NCBI GenBank assembly: GCA_043814605.1
Contig: JBDRJV010000028.1
Location: 7,790 to 71,789, forward strand
DNA from: Candidatus Omnitrophota bacterium
GTDB taxonomy: Bacteria > Omnitrophota > Gorgyraeia > B26-G9
Direction: 5' to 3'
Length of the DNA stretch: 64,000 nt
In this document: piece after piece, positions 1-9,971 of the stretch
Layout: the number at the start of each line of letters is the position of its first letter
How positions within the stretch are numbered: position 1 is the first letter of the stretch
The notes under the pieces: model-generated
What the model saw: the letters and a program-made list of their open reading frames with translations, nothing else
What the model was told of the DNA's origin: nothing
Database searches by the model: none
Program-made: the position numbers and the translations under genes

Positions 1-681
1 TACTATTTCCGCCAAACGTTTTTGTACTTCTTTCGGATCAGCATAATTTAAATCAAACGCTACTGTTTCTAGCGGCGCATCTAATTGTTTTATCGCCTGT
101 TCCATTATTTTTAATTTTTCCGGAACATCAATTAAAATTATTGTGCCCGAGGCCTCATCCACAATAACATTACCGATTTCTGATTTAAGCTGGGAAATTG
201 TATTAAACACATTTGCCGGCGCAGCATAAGTCAATTTAATGCTTTTATGCTCTCTTTTTTCTACATAATTGCGCCCGTATAAAGCTTTATACTCCCCGGC
301 AGTCATAATATAAATAATATCGCCGCGATTTTCACGGGCCAAATTTTGACTGCTTAAAATAATATCTAACGCATCATTAATATGCACATCGGTTAAAAAA
401 ATACTGACGCGCCCGGTAACTCCCTGGCTGGGAACAATATTTTTCCCGGTTTTTATGGAAAGAATCCGCAATAGTTCAACTACATTAACCCCTTTTAAAT
501 CTAAAGAAATCATTTCTTTACTACTGGGTTTTGTGATTACTGAGGATACATCCGAACTATTTAAATTTTCTTCCGGCAGCTGTATATTTTGATCTTGGGC
601 AAAGATTACACCAGAATAGTAAAACATAAATAGTGCTATTCCTACTAATAACAATTTTAATCCTTTGTTTTTCTTTTTCAT
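1..681 (-). CDS. Secretin (GspD/PilQ family), N-terminal part; runs off the window edge
   Basis: Not in the ORF track. Manual translation from ATG at 681 (ATGA overlap with the upstream stop) is open to position 1: MKKKNKGLKLLLVGIALF (signal peptide)...ISLDLKGVNVVELLRILSIKTGKNIVPSQGVTGRVSIFLTDV (STN-like)...IVDEASGTIILIDVPEKLKIMEQAIKQLD (secretin N domain). Confidence 0.85.
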   Translation of the reverse strand, partial: MKKKNKGLKLLLVGIALFMFYYSGVIFAQDQNIQLPEENLNSSDVSSVITKPSSKEMISLDLKGVNVVELLRILSIKTGKNIVPSQGVTGRVSIFLTDVHINDALDIILSSQNLARENRGDIIYIMTAGEYKALYGRNYVEKREHKSIKLTYAAPANVFNTISQLKSEIGNVIVDEASGTIILIDVPEKLKIMEQAIKQLDAPLETVAFDLNYADPKEVQKRLAEIV

Positions 682-1328
682 TTTATTGTCCATTCATTTT
701 CTCCGACTGATACAACAACACTATCGGAAAATACTTTTTGCACATCAAACTCTTCTAATTTACTTCCGGCTTCGATAAGATATGTTCTCTCTGTTTTTTT
801 ATCTTCAATAATTGCCTGCGGGTTTTCCTCTGACCAAATAATCCCGACAAGCACAAAATTAGCGATAAGTTTTGATAGTTCTTGATACTCCTGAGAAACA
901 TCTTCCCCTGTTTCTACATGCTTTACGGGCAATAAAAAAGTAAAAATATTACGCATGTTTGCATATTCAATCATTTTATTGAAATCAACCGGTAAAATAT
1001 TGTCCTGGGCTTGCTGGATATATAAACTTTGTGCATTTATATCCTGGTTCTTTAAATTTTTTTCTAAGTTTATTTTTGTCCTTTGAAAATCAACCACAAA
1101 AAAAATTGTTAAGCTCACACAAATAAAAATCAAAATTTTATTTAATACTTGAAAATTTAATAATTTTAATAACGTTTCTTTTTTTAACGGGATGCGTTTT
1201 AGCAGTAAATTAATCTGCTGCTTTATCCCTGATTTGCTATAACTACGCGGTACTTTTTTTAAAGGCGTTGCCGGATTTTCAATTATCTCTAACAACCTGT
1301 CTTCTGAAGTCCGTTTCGGTTGCGCCAT
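678..1328 (-). CDS. Type II secretion GspC/PilP-like protein
   Basis: One TM segment followed by a C-terminal LVGIIWSEENPQAIIED...YLIEAG...VQKVFSDSVVV HR-domain pattern; directly upstream of the secretin. Confidence 0.6.
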   Translation of the reverse strand: MAQPKRTSEDRLLEIIENPATPLKKVPRSYSKSGIKQQINLLLKRIPLKKETLLKLLNFQVLNKILIFICVSLTIFFVVDFQRTKINLEKNLKNQDINAQSLYIQQAQDNILPVDFNKMIEYANMRNIFTFLLPVKHVETGEDVSQEYQELSKLIANFVLVGIIWSEENPQAIIEDKKTERTYLIEAGSKLEEFDVQKVFSDSVVVSVGENEWTIK

Positions 1329-1384
1329 TTTTTTGACCTATTCTTATTTTATAGTAAGTTACTTTTTTTAAACCTCTTTAATTA

Positions 1385-2206
1385 CTACGCTACTTCGCGG
1401 GAAATTAATTCTCGAATCATTTGTTCATCAACAGAAGCGCGGTGTTCCAGTACCAGCATTTTCAAAGCATTATGACAAAGCATGGAAATGCGCCGGGGAT
1501 AGCCTTGTGTTTGACGGTATATCGCTTTAATTGCCCCTTCCGTGAAAAAATCCGGCCCGGCACTATAACCAGCTGTTTTAAGCCTGAAATCAATCATCTG
1601 TTTTGTTTCTGTTTCATCTAAAGGGTTTAAAACATATTTTAAACTGATTCGGTCCCAAAGATTTTTCATTTCACGAATCCGCGGCAAGAGCTCTAATTGC
1701 CCCATCAGCAATACTTGCAGTAATTTATACTCATTGGTTTCATAATTTAAAAGCACACGTAACATTTCTAATGACAAAGTATTAAGCTTTTGAGATTCAT
1801 CGATTAAAAGCACAACTGTCTTTTTTTGCTCAACCCCCATTTTAAATAAATATTCTTTGATCGCCTCTTTAAAATCCAATAAACTCGGATTAGGACCTTT
1901 GATATCTAGTTTTAATGTCCGGATCAGGGAATCGAGAAACATTTCTTCTGTTTCATCTGTCGGATCTAAAATCATGTGGAATATAATATCATCGCGGGCA
2001 TTAAGCATTTGGAAAAGCTTGCGGGAAAGAGTGGTTTTTCCTGTACCGACATCGCCTAAAATTACACTCATGCCGCGTTTTAAGCGTATTTCAATCATCA
2101 ATCGGATTAAAGCTGCATGGTGTTCCTGAGACTCATAAAAAAATCCTGGGTCAGGACTTGATGAAAAAGGTTCTTTTTCTAATCCTAAAACTGAAAAATA
2201 ACTCAT
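1385..2206 (-). CDS. ExeA/GspA-like AAA ATPase
   Basis: FGL-like start (VLGLEKEPFSSSPDP), Walker A GDVGTGKT, Walker B LLIDESQ, GQLEL and GYPRRI motifs. Confidence 0.85.
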   Translation of the reverse strand: MSYFSVLGLEKEPFSSSPDPGFFYESQEHHAALIRLMIEIRLKRGMSVILGDVGTGKTTLSRKLFQMLNARDDIIFHMILDPTDETEEMFLDSLIRTLKLDIKGPNPSLLDFKEAIKEYLFKMGVEQKKTVVLLIDESQKLNTLSLEMLRVLLNYETNEYKLLQVLLMGQLELLPRIREMKNLWDRISLKYVLNPLDETETKQMIDFRLKTAGYSAGPDFFTEGAIKAIYRQTQGYPRRISMLCHNALKMLVLEHRASVDEQMIRELISREVA

Positions 2207-2309
2207 GTTTTATGTCTTGCCATCCTTGTAAAATTTTCCCTAACTATAGGTATGGGCACAAGATATTGTAAACAAACCCTATTTTTTAGAGACAATTATC
2301 CTTATCATA

Positions 2310-2338
2310 ACTCTAGCAGATTTGCCCTTTTTAGTCAA
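2310..2338 (-). promoter_or_regulatory. Putative sigma70 promoter of the exeA-gspC-secretin operon
   Basis: Minus strand TTGACT-17 nt-TAGAGT with an extended -10 TG. Confidence 0.45.
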
Positions 2339-2379
2339 TATTAAATAATATTATGATTAGATAAGCTGGAAGTAAATTT

Positions 2380-3195
2380 TTACTCAACCGACGGTTCTTT
2401 TTTTATCAGATTAGTCTTGATATGCGCTGTGCCTAAATCCGCTTCTAATCCCTCATATTGCAGCAACACATGCGGCGGCGCTTTTGTAAACCAAACAAAA
2501 GTTGGCGGGACTAAATATTCCGCTGCGTCTTGTAACATACCTAAATCCGGGATTAAACGCATTTTAATTGTTTCCATCTTCCCTACAGGCAAGGTTACCT
2601 CTTCGCCGAGCTTTGGCTGAATCGTTGTTTTGTAAAGGTTGGCTTTATCCGAAAGTAAATAAAATTGTTTATGTGTTCTTTTATCAATATTTTCTGCATA
2701 GGCTCTTAAAACATAGGCTAATAAATCTCCGTCTGTAGTGTGGCCGCGTAATGTATATTTTTTCTTTTTCGCGATTCCTCCTTTTTCGTTAGTAATAATA
2801 ATATTTAAGGTGTTAGCAGCGTAGTCAAACTGTTTATCATGAGCTTCCAGTATTTTCCCATCTGAGGATTTAATGATTTTTTTACTAAATAACGGGTATA
2901 AAAATCCATCCCTTTCTTCCATTTCAGCTGTAACATCCCAGCTAACATTTTTATATTTACAGTAATCCCCGCTTGTATGTGAATTATACTTATAAATCAC
3001 TTTATCTTTTCTTAACTCTTTAGTAACTTTAAACTCACAGCGTGCACGTTCTCCGCCTTTTTCCTTATCATAATACACCGCTTCCCCGTTTTCCTGTTCA
3101 TACATTAAAGCCGGGGAAATGTCCGAACAAAAACCAGACACAACATTTGCAGATAATATAGCCATCGTTGAGAATAAAATAAATAATGTTTTCAT
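2380..3195 (-). CDS. Hypothetical exported protein
   Basis: Open frame; start placed at ATG 3195 (MKTLFILFST..., signal peptide-like) behind a GGAGG SD. No family confidently recognised. Confidence 0.6.
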   Translation of the reverse strand: MKTLFILFSTMAILSANVVSGFCSDISPALMYEQENGEAVYYDKEKGGERARCEFKVTKELRKDKVIYKYNSHTSGDYCKYKNVSWDVTAEMEERDGFLYPLFSKKIIKSSDGKILEAHDKQFDYAANTLNIIITNEKGGIAKKKKYTLRGHTTDGDLLAYVLRAYAENIDKRTHKQFYLLSDKANLYKTTIQPKLGEEVTLPVGKMETIKMRLIPDLGMLQDAAEYLVPPTFVWFTKAPPHVLLQYEGLEADLGTAHIKTNLIKKEPSVE

Positions 3196-3345
3196 CTTTT
3201 CCCTCCTTAACCAAACGCATAATTTACAATTACAAAGCAACCGTAATTTATTGGCGCAGGGTTGGTTTAGTTTTACCAAATGATCATTACAGTATTTTTA
3301 TTCTATCATAATATCTGGGGTAAAGACAGCAAAAGATTGCCTAAG

Positions 3346-3660
3346 TTATTGTTTGGGCAAGGTAATAATTAACGTGTTGTCCTGGGTTTGGGTTTTAATG
3401 TTATTAATATCTACGCGTCCCGGCAGAGTAATCACGCGGGAAAAAGAATCAAAGCTTTTAAACTGGGAAGATGTGTTAACGGTTGCTTGTTCTTTTTGCT
3501 GCTGTTTGTGCCCGGAAACTGTAAGACAGTTATCATTAATTTCAACTTTGATTTTCTGCTCAGCTAAATCATCAATACGCATTGTGATGATATATTCTTT
3601 AGCGTTTTCCTGAGTATCAAAATCGGAATTGAAAAATATCTGGTTATTAAAGGTTCTAAT
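3346..3660 (-). pseudogene. Hsp20/alpha-crystallin family gene lacking an obvious start (possibly 5'-truncated)
   Basis: The alpha-crystallin pattern DTQENAKEYIITMRI...KIKVEINDNCLTVSG...SFSRVITLP...DNTLIITLPK begins upstream of the only ATG (3582). The frame is closed by TAA at 3664-3666 with no ATG/GTG/TTG in between. Confidence 0.6.
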
Positions 3661-3668
3661 ATTTTATT

Positions 3669-4439
3669 TTAAATTTTTTCAATTGCCGTTGATTCTATCC
3701 AGCCGCTGGTTTTTTTATTCAACCGTATCTGTGTCCATCCGTTCTCAACATGTAAAATCTGCGCCTTCATTCCCTCAGTAAGTTCAAAGGCAACGGCTCC
3801 GGAATACGAAGGGCTGTACCTTACTTCAATCTGAGGCAAAATAACTATCCCTTGGGTAATGTTTTTTTGCATCTGATAATTTTTAGAAAAGAAAAAATTA
3901 CAAATAAAACAAACCGCAATCATCAACATCGCCGCTGTTTTTACATTTCTGCGCCGGGGCAGGCGGAAAATCAAACAAATCATAAAAATACATGCTCCCA
4001 GAAAAAAAACAATCCCCATAAAAAACCAAGCCTGGGCATTAAAACTGTCCCGGAGAGAAAAATAAAATTTTTCGTACCAGGCATAAATTTCTTCCGGCTG
4101 TTTTAACTCCAGCAAAGATTCAATAAATTTAATATTTGCAAAAAGATCTTCATCCTGAGGCATTAATTTTAAAGCTCTGTAATAATTTACTAATGCTTTG
4201 CCTTTTTGCCCTAGTTTAAAATACGCATTCCCTAAATTATAATAAATATTTCCGCTTCCTGATCCTCTTTGCAGAATATCTTCATAAAGCTTTATTGCGT
4301 TTTCATACTTTGCGTCAGCGTATGACTTATTCGCCTGGAAAAATACCTGATCCAGCGACAAGGCAAAACTTTGCGCTGTCAGATTAAAAATAAGGTTTAA
4401 AAAAAATAACCATATTAACACTCTTTTTAACCAACGCAT
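3669..4439 (-). CDS. batE: BatE-like TPR + SH3 domain membrane protein
   Basis: TPR (YYNLGNAYFKLG...A), two TM helices, C-terminal SH3b-like region (ELTEGMKA...GWTQI...GWI); last position among the Bat genes. Confidence 0.8.
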   Translation of the reverse strand: MRWLKRVLIWLFFLNLIFNLTAQSFALSLDQVFFQANKSYADAKYENAIKLYEDILQRGSGSGNIYYNLGNAYFKLGQKGKALVNYYRALKLMPQDEDLFANIKFIESLLELKQPEEIYAWYEKFYFSLRDSFNAQAWFFMGIVFFLGACIFMICLIFRLPRRRNVKTAAMLMIAVCFICNFFFSKNYQMQKNITQGIVILPQIEVRYSPSYSGAVAFELTEGMKAQILHVENGWTQIRLNKKTSGWIESTAIEKI

Positions 4440-6343
4440 TAAAGTATCCTTTCTAAGTTATCAATAAGTTCTGCTAATATTTGTAGATCTGCTTTTAATT
4501 TTTGCTCCGGAAACTGCACAGAAGAGAATAACGCCATTTCAAAAGTTTGATATAACGCGTTTAATCCGGCTGTTTGCGGCGAGCTTAATCCTTTTTGTTC
4601 TAACTCTGCTATTGTTTCTACCCCGATACTTGCGGTTGTTTTATTAAGTTTATCCGCTAAATAGGTATTTAAGGTTTTAGACATAAAATCATAAAATTTT
4701 AATTTATCCTGTGCCTGTAATATTTTTTGCATTGTTTGCAGATTTTTTCGCGCTATTTTATAAGCGCGGCGATAACGGGCAAATCCAGTATCTGTTTTTA
4801 ATTTTTGCCGTTGTGTTTGCCAGAGTTTGAGCCCGAGCATTAAAACCAGCGGGAATAAATAGCCGATTACCCAGGCCGCGGGGTTTTCATAAAATTGTTT
4901 TTTCCTCTGATCAATTGTGCCAGGATTGGTTTTAATATATCGGATGTCGCGTTCGAGTATTTTTAAGTCCTTTTTTCTGGAATCCGATGAATTTTCCGGA
5001 GCTAACGCAATAACTTGGACTTCTGGCGCCTGATCCGAAGCTTCCACATGGATTGTAAACGGGCCGCGGTTAATTGTTTGATATTGTTTAAGTTTCGGGT
5101 TAAAAAATGTAAACCCGATTTTATCAATCGTATAATCCCCTTTAATTTTAGGGATCAGCACTTTTTCAAAAACCTTATCCCCCACCAGGGTGTTGGATTC
5201 CTGGACAATGTTTGTTTTACTCTCCGGCTCATAACTTTTAAAAGCAGAGAGTCCCGTTATTTCCGGTAAAATAACCTGGTCAAAATTGCCCGCACCGGTT
5301 ACTTTCATAGTCAGGGTAATTGGTTCGCCTGCTTTTAAATTTAACGGGCTTATGCTGACATCAAAATCAAACTCTCCTACTGCGCCTTGATAGTTGGGCG
5401 GTTGATTTTCCTGCGGCACTTCATTGACAAATAGTTTTAGATCACGTGAACGCGTAGAAAAAGATTCAACGACAGAATCGCGGCCCAGATTAAAAAAATC
5501 GTCTATGCCCGAATCAAAAAAATTATCCAGTAAGTTCTGCTGACGGCGGCTGCGCTTATATCCGGTAATTATATTGCATTTGACAAACACTGGTTCTAAG
5601 GTGTACTCTCCGGTTGAAATCGGGGTTAGAATTTTCTGAAAACTAACTACTGTATAATCCTGCCCTTTATAAAATTCACGTGTTTTCACGGCTAAAACCG
5701 GCTGGCTATTATTCACAAGAAGCCGTTCATATCTTATGTTTTCATCTGGGAGGGGGTCGGTAATTAAAAAATTTTTTAACCCTTCCAGCCAAGGAATTTG
5801 CAGTACATAACTCTGTATATCTTGTTTGATGTACCATTTAAAAGTAAGGAGAATTTTTTCTCCTAAATAAACATTGTTTTTATCAGCATCTATATTAACA
5901 AAAATTTCTTCGCTTTGCTGCGACTCTTCTGTAACCCTGATTTGCAGGGCAGTAGTGCGGAACGATTTGCCTCCGGCAACAATCTCAAAAGACGGGATCA
6001 GAAAAACTCCAGACTTTTTAGGAATTAATTCGTAGTCAAAATTGTACCCGCCGCCGGCATTTTGCTGCTGAACAGTTTTCCCCTGGATAATCACCGTATA
6101 GCTGGAAAAAGAGCGGCGGCTAACGCCTCTAAACTTGACGATAAAATCATTCATTGCCGGAAGCTCTGGCGCTTGCGGGTTATCTACCCCCTGCACATTA
6201 ATTGTTAAAATCACACTATCCCCCAGCAACACTTCCTGTTGATCAACAGAAACCTTCACTTCCGGCGCGGCAAAACAATTTGTCGTGCTGAAAATAATTA
6301 TGCTGATTATTATAAAAAATATTTTACCAATCCTTTTCCACAT
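4439..6343 (-). CDS. batD: BatD family protein
   Basis: Signal peptide MWKRIGKIFF (ATG 6343), repeated BatD Ig-like units, GAVGEFDF motif, C-terminal TM. Confidence 0.85.
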   Translation of the reverse strand: MWKRIGKIFFIIISIIIFSTTNCFAAPEVKVSVDQQEVLLGDSVILTINVQGVDNPQAPELPAMNDFIVKFRGVSRRSFSSYTVIIQGKTVQQQNAGGGYNFDYELIPKKSGVFLIPSFEIVAGGKSFRTTALQIRVTEESQQSEEIFVNIDADKNNVYLGEKILLTFKWYIKQDIQSYVLQIPWLEGLKNFLITDPLPDENIRYERLLVNNSQPVLAVKTREFYKGQDYTVVSFQKILTPISTGEYTLEPVFVKCNIITGYKRSRRQQNLLDNFFDSGIDDFFNLGRDSVVESFSTRSRDLKLFVNEVPQENQPPNYQGAVGEFDFDVSISPLNLKAGEPITLTMKVTGAGNFDQVILPEITGLSAFKSYEPESKTNIVQESNTLVGDKVFEKVLIPKIKGDYTIDKIGFTFFNPKLKQYQTINRGPFTIHVEASDQAPEVQVIALAPENSSDSRKKDLKILERDIRYIKTNPGTIDQRKKQFYENPAAWVIGYLFPLVLMLGLKLWQTQRQKLKTDTGFARYRRAYKIARKNLQTMQKILQAQDKLKFYDFMSKTLNTYLADKLNKTTASIGVETIAELEQKGLSSPQTAGLNALYQTFEMALFSSVQFPEQKLKADLQILAELIDNLERIL

Positions 6344-7160
6344 TACCGGGCCATCCTTTTTGTCTGTCTTTTTGATTGGAAAGCATATCTTTTTGATCCT
6401 GTTCAAACGCAGATAAAAACCTTTCTGCTTCCTCCTTTGTCAGCTTTTCCTGATTTTGTGTCTCTTGCTTTTGCGCAGCAGCTTGTGCGCGGGAAACATC
6501 CTGGGTGTCTTCCCCTTCTGGTTCCCCCAGCTGTTCTTTTTGTGCTTGATCCTGTGCAGCAGTTTGTGTATCTTTTTCTTGTGCTGATTGATTATTCTGT
6601 TCTGCCGGCTGAGCCGGAGATTCTGACTCTTGCGGCGCTGCTTGTTCTGACTCTTGCGGCGGCTGTTCTTTTTGCGCTTGATCCTGCTTGGCTTGTTGCT
6701 GTGTTTCCTGAGCACGGGAAAGCATTTCTTTTATTTTGTTTTCTGTATATTCAATATTATATTTAGTATCTAAATCATCCGGATTGATTTCTAAAGACTG
6801 CTTATATGCTTGCAGCGCTTCGGGCAGCCGGCCCTGGGCAAATAAGGCATTACCGATATTATATAATGCTTTCGCTTCGATTTGTATCTCTGCGTTTTGA
6901 CGCGATTTTTCAAAAGCATCCTGTGCTTCTTTATATTTTTTCTGCCGGTAAAAAACATTGCCCATATTAAAAAATATTTCCGGGCTTAACGGCGACTCTG
7001 TCTGCGCATCATTAAAATCAATCAACGCTTGGTCGTAATTCTGCGCCTCGTAAGCTTTAATCCCTTTGCGTACTTTACTGGCTGCGTCCGCAAAAGCAGA
7101 ACTCGCATTACTCAAAATACAACTTATACTTATAATGGTAATAATCACAGGCCGTTTCAT
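6324..7160 (-). CDS. batC: BatC-like TPR protein
   Basis: Signal peptide (MKRPVII...AFA, ATG 7160), TPR repeats, Q/E-rich linker, LTKEEAERFL and terminal KDW typical of BatC. Confidence 0.85.
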   Translation of the reverse strand: MKRPVIITIISISCILSNASSAFADAASKVRKGIKAYEAQNYDQALIDFNDAQTESPLSPEIFFNMGNVFYRQKKYKEAQDAFEKSRQNAEIQIEAKALYNIGNALFAQGRLPEALQAYKQSLEINPDDLDTKYNIEYTENKIKEMLSRAQETQQQAKQDQAQKEQPPQESEQAAPQESESPAQPAEQNNQSAQEKDTQTAAQDQAQKEQLGEPEGEDTQDVSRAQAAAQKQETQNQEKLTKEEAERFLSAFEQDQKDMLSNQKDRQKGWPGNVEKDW

Positions 7161-7280
7161 TATTATATCTCCAAATAATGGTTCAGGCATGCCTGAACCC
7201 TACAGGTAAATTTGACACATAAAATTTTATCAATCTATTCCTTGTCATTCGGCTTTTTCCAGTATCCAGGATCAGAGAAA

Positions 7281-8285
7281 CTAGAATCTATCTTTTCTTT
7301 CCGACATTACCGCTTCCAGGGAAAATAAAATCAAGGCAATAAATAACGGTATTTGGAACCGGTTTTCATAGCGTTTTTGCCGGGAAGAAGCCAGTTCTTT
7401 TTTCTCCATCCGGGAAACTTCTTCCTGGTATATTTCTTCTAAAGGAAAGTTTCCCCGGCCAATGCTGCCTTTTTTCCCGCCGGTCATTAACGCAATTTTT
7501 TGTAAAAGCACTGAATCAAGTTTCGAAAGAATAATCTTTCCCTGTTTATCTTTGACAAATCCCTGCCTGCCTTTCTCATCTAAAACCGGAATTGGTGCGC
7601 CTTCTGCCTTCCCGATAGCAATGGGAAAAATTACTACACCTTGTTTTTTAGCTAATTCCACAGCTTCCATGACCTTAGCTTCATGGTCCTCTCCGTCAGT
7701 AATTAAAATTAAAACCCGGTGTTTTTTCGTATGCCCTTCAAAGGCAGCAACGGCTTTTTCTATCGCCAGGCCGATATTCGTTCCCCCGGCAGCAACCGCA
7801 GTTGTATCCAAATAATTTAAAAAAATCTTTGCTGTGCCATAATCTAAAGTCAGCGGACAATGCAAAAAAGCATCCCCGGAAAAAGCAACAATCCCGATTC
7901 TATCTCCTTTTAAAATATTTATTAAACTTTTAATTTCTCTTTTTGCCGCCTCTAACCGGTTCGGTTTAATATCTTCTGCCAACATGCTTTTGGAGACATC
8001 TAAGACAACCACAATATCTAACCCCCGGCGTTTTACTTCTTCCCACTGGTATCCCCATTTTGGCTCAACTAACGCAAAAATCAGAAACAAAATTCCAACT
8101 ACAAACAAAAACGCTTTAATTTTTTGCTTTTTAAAGCTAACTGATTGTGACAAACTTTTTAACAAGGCGATCTCAACGAATTTTTCTAAAGCCTTTTGTT
8201 TAGCCTTAAATGCCCAAGCATAAAACACCCAAAGCACAGGGATCAATATTAACAACCATAAAAAATTTAAATTCCCGAAACGCAT
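7281..8285 (-). CDS. batB: BatB VWA domain protein
   Basis: N-terminal BatA-type TMs, MIDAS DVSKS, PNRL, PLTLDY, ITDGEDH. Confidence 0.9.
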   Translation of the reverse strand: MRFGNLNFLWLLILIPVLWVFYAWAFKAKQKALEKFVEIALLKSLSQSVSFKKQKIKAFLFVVGILFLIFALVEPKWGYQWEEVKRRGLDIVVVLDVSKSMLAEDIKPNRLEAAKREIKSLINILKGDRIGIVAFSGDAFLHCPLTLDYGTAKIFLNYLDTTAVAAGGTNIGLAIEKAVAAFEGHTKKHRVLILITDGEDHEAKVMEAVELAKKQGVVIFPIAIGKAEGAPIPVLDEKGRQGFVKDKQGKIILSKLDSVLLQKIALMTGGKKGSIGRGNFPLEEIYQEEVSRMEKKELASSRQKRYENRFQIPLFIALILFSLEAVMSERKDRF

Positions 8286-8307
8286 TATTCTATCTTTCTT
8301 ATAAAAA

Positions 8308-8342
8308 AGTTATGGGTTATGAATTACAAATTACAAGTGAAA
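8308..8342. repeat. Degenerate heptamer array (arm 1 of the four-helix-bundle cassette)
   Basis: AGTTATG GGTTATG AATTACA AATTACA AGTGAAA; reverse-complement class of the array at 8924-8958. Confidence 0.7.
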
Positions 8343-8381
8343 AACGAATACACATGCTAAATTGCAATTACTAATTAAAAA

Positions 8382-8756
8382 TTAACAACCAGAATCATTG
8401 TTTATATTATTTTTTGATGTTTTTACAATAGCAGTTAATATATTTACTAGTGAATCACATTCTTCCAATAAACTTTCTATCTGCAGAACATTCAATATTC
8501 TTGAATCCTTTATCAATCTAAGCCAATATCTTGTTTCTCTCGCTTCTTTTTTGGATATGGCCATTTTATTAGCAAAATCCTTCTCGCTCACAGCTCCTTG
8601 AGCTTCTTCCACATTGGCTCCTATAGATGTTCCTGCTTTCATTATCTGATTACCAATTACAACTCCACTAGTATTTTTTGGTAACAAGTTTACTAATTTT
8701 ATAATTTCTACAGCAAACTTATAACTTCTATCAATAATATTAACATTGTTTTCCAT
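8382..8756 (-). CDS. Four helix bundle protein (23S rRNA intervening-sequence protein / Avd-like family)
   Basis: SYKFAVEII...QIMKAGTSIGANVEEAQGAVSEKDFANKMAISKKEARETRYWL motif; AAGGAG SD; very AT-rich. Confidence 0.92.
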   Translation of the reverse strand: MENNVNIIDRSYKFAVEIIKLVNLLPKNTSGVVIGNQIMKAGTSIGANVEEAQGAVSEKDFANKMAISKKEARETRYWLRLIKDSRILNVLQIESLLEECDSLVNILTAIVKTSKNNINNDSGC

Positions 8757-8849
8757 TTTAATATTCTCCTTAAATTAGCACTTAATAATTTGAGTCCAAA
8801 ATTTTTTTGTTCTTTGTTTATTGTTGTTTATTTTTTCAATTACTATTTT

Positions 8850-8958
8850 TTACCATTTATCATTTATCATTTATCACTTATCCGCTATAATCTATACCTG
8901 TTTTTAGCTTTCACTTTATACTTCATAACTTGTAACTCGTCACTGATCACTTGTAACT
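8850..8958. repeat. Degenerate heptamer arrays (arm 2 of the four-helix-bundle cassette)
   Basis: TTACCAT TTATCAT TTATCAT TTATCAC TTATCCG (8850-8884) and CATAACT TGTAACT CGTCACT GATCACT TGTAACT (8924-8958), abutting the batA stop. Confidence 0.75.
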
Positions 8959-8961
8959 TAA

Positions 8962-9960
8962 TCACGGTAACGTCCTAAACCTCGTATTGCTTAAAACCGC
9001 TTCGATTAAAAGCAATCCCAGGGCAATCAAAACAAACGGCTTAAACAGCTCATGGTATTCAGAGTAGGATTTAACTTCCGCTTTTGTTTTTTCTAATTTA
9101 TCAATTTCTTCATAAATTTTTTTCAAAGCCTCTACATCCTGCGCTCTGAAATACCGGCCTTGTGTTTGTTCTGCAATAGATTTTAAAGATTCTTCGTCTA
9201 AATCAATAACCGCCCATTGATAAGCCTTATTCCCAAACAAATCGCGTGCGGGAAAAGGCACTTTACCTTTGGAGCCAGCGCCGATTGTATATATTTTAAC
9301 TTTTAACGCCTGGGCTAATTGCGCCGCATTCTCCGGGTCAACTTTCCCCGCATTATTCACCCCGTCGGTTAATAAAATTATAATTTTACTTTTGCTTTCA
9401 ATATCTTTTAGCCGGCTTAGAGCACAGGATATCCCATCACCCACAGCTGTGCCGTCCGGAATTATGCCCAGCTCGATTTTATCTAAAAATTCTAACAAAA
9501 CACCGTAATCTAAAGTCAGCGGACATTGCATATAAGCAGTTTGAGCAAATACAACTAACCCGATTCGATCATTCGTTCTTTTCTTAATAAAATCGCGCAC
9601 AACATCTTTAACCACTTCCAGGCGATTTTTTCTCTGCCCCTGAACGACAAAATCTTCTGCCATCATGCTTCCGGAAACATCAATCGCTAAAATAATATCC
9701 ACGCCTTCGGTTTCTATTTTGGTTTCTTCGATGCCTTGCTGCGGACGCATCAGGCCGACAATTAACAGAAAAATCGCCAGCAGCCTTAAAATTATTAAGA
9801 CCTGTTTAAATTTTAATGACCGAGAAGGTTTTAAGCGTTTAAGGTTCTTTAAGGATGAAAAAATAATTCTTCCCTGCCGCTCGCCTTTTAGATAAATAAT
9901 TATCACTGGCGGAATAATCATTAATAATAATAGCCCGTTCCATAAATCATGGAAAATCAT
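8962..9960 (-). CDS. batA: BatA VWA domain protein
   Basis: MIDAS DVSGSM, NRLEVVK, DRIGLVVF, GTAVGDG, LLTDGVNNAG, KIYTIG. Confidence 0.92.
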   Translation of the reverse strand: MIFHDLWNGLLLLMIIPPVIIIYLKGERQGRIIFSSLKNLKRLKPSRSLKFKQVLIILRLLAIFLLIVGLMRPQQGIEETKIETEGVDIILAIDVSGSMMAEDFVVQGQRKNRLEVVKDVVRDFIKKRTNDRIGLVVFAQTAYMQCPLTLDYGVLLEFLDKIELGIIPDGTAVGDGISCALSRLKDIESKSKIIILLTDGVNNAGKVDPENAAQLAQALKVKIYTIGAGSKGKVPFPARDLFGNKAYQWAVIDLDEESLKSIAEQTQGRYFRAQDVEALKKIYEEIDKLEKTKAEVKSYSEYHELFKPFVLIALGLLLIEAVLSNTRFRTLP

Positions 9961-9971
9961 AATAATCTACT

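Noticed and set aside
7240-7272. REP-like GTCATTC...ATCCAG remnant between batB and batC
   Set aside because: The internal palindrome is absent and there is no second copy in the window.
8382-8756. Diversity-generating retroelement suggested by the Avd-like gene
   Set aside because: No reverse transcriptase and no template/variable repeat pair with adenine-specific mismatches was seen in the window.
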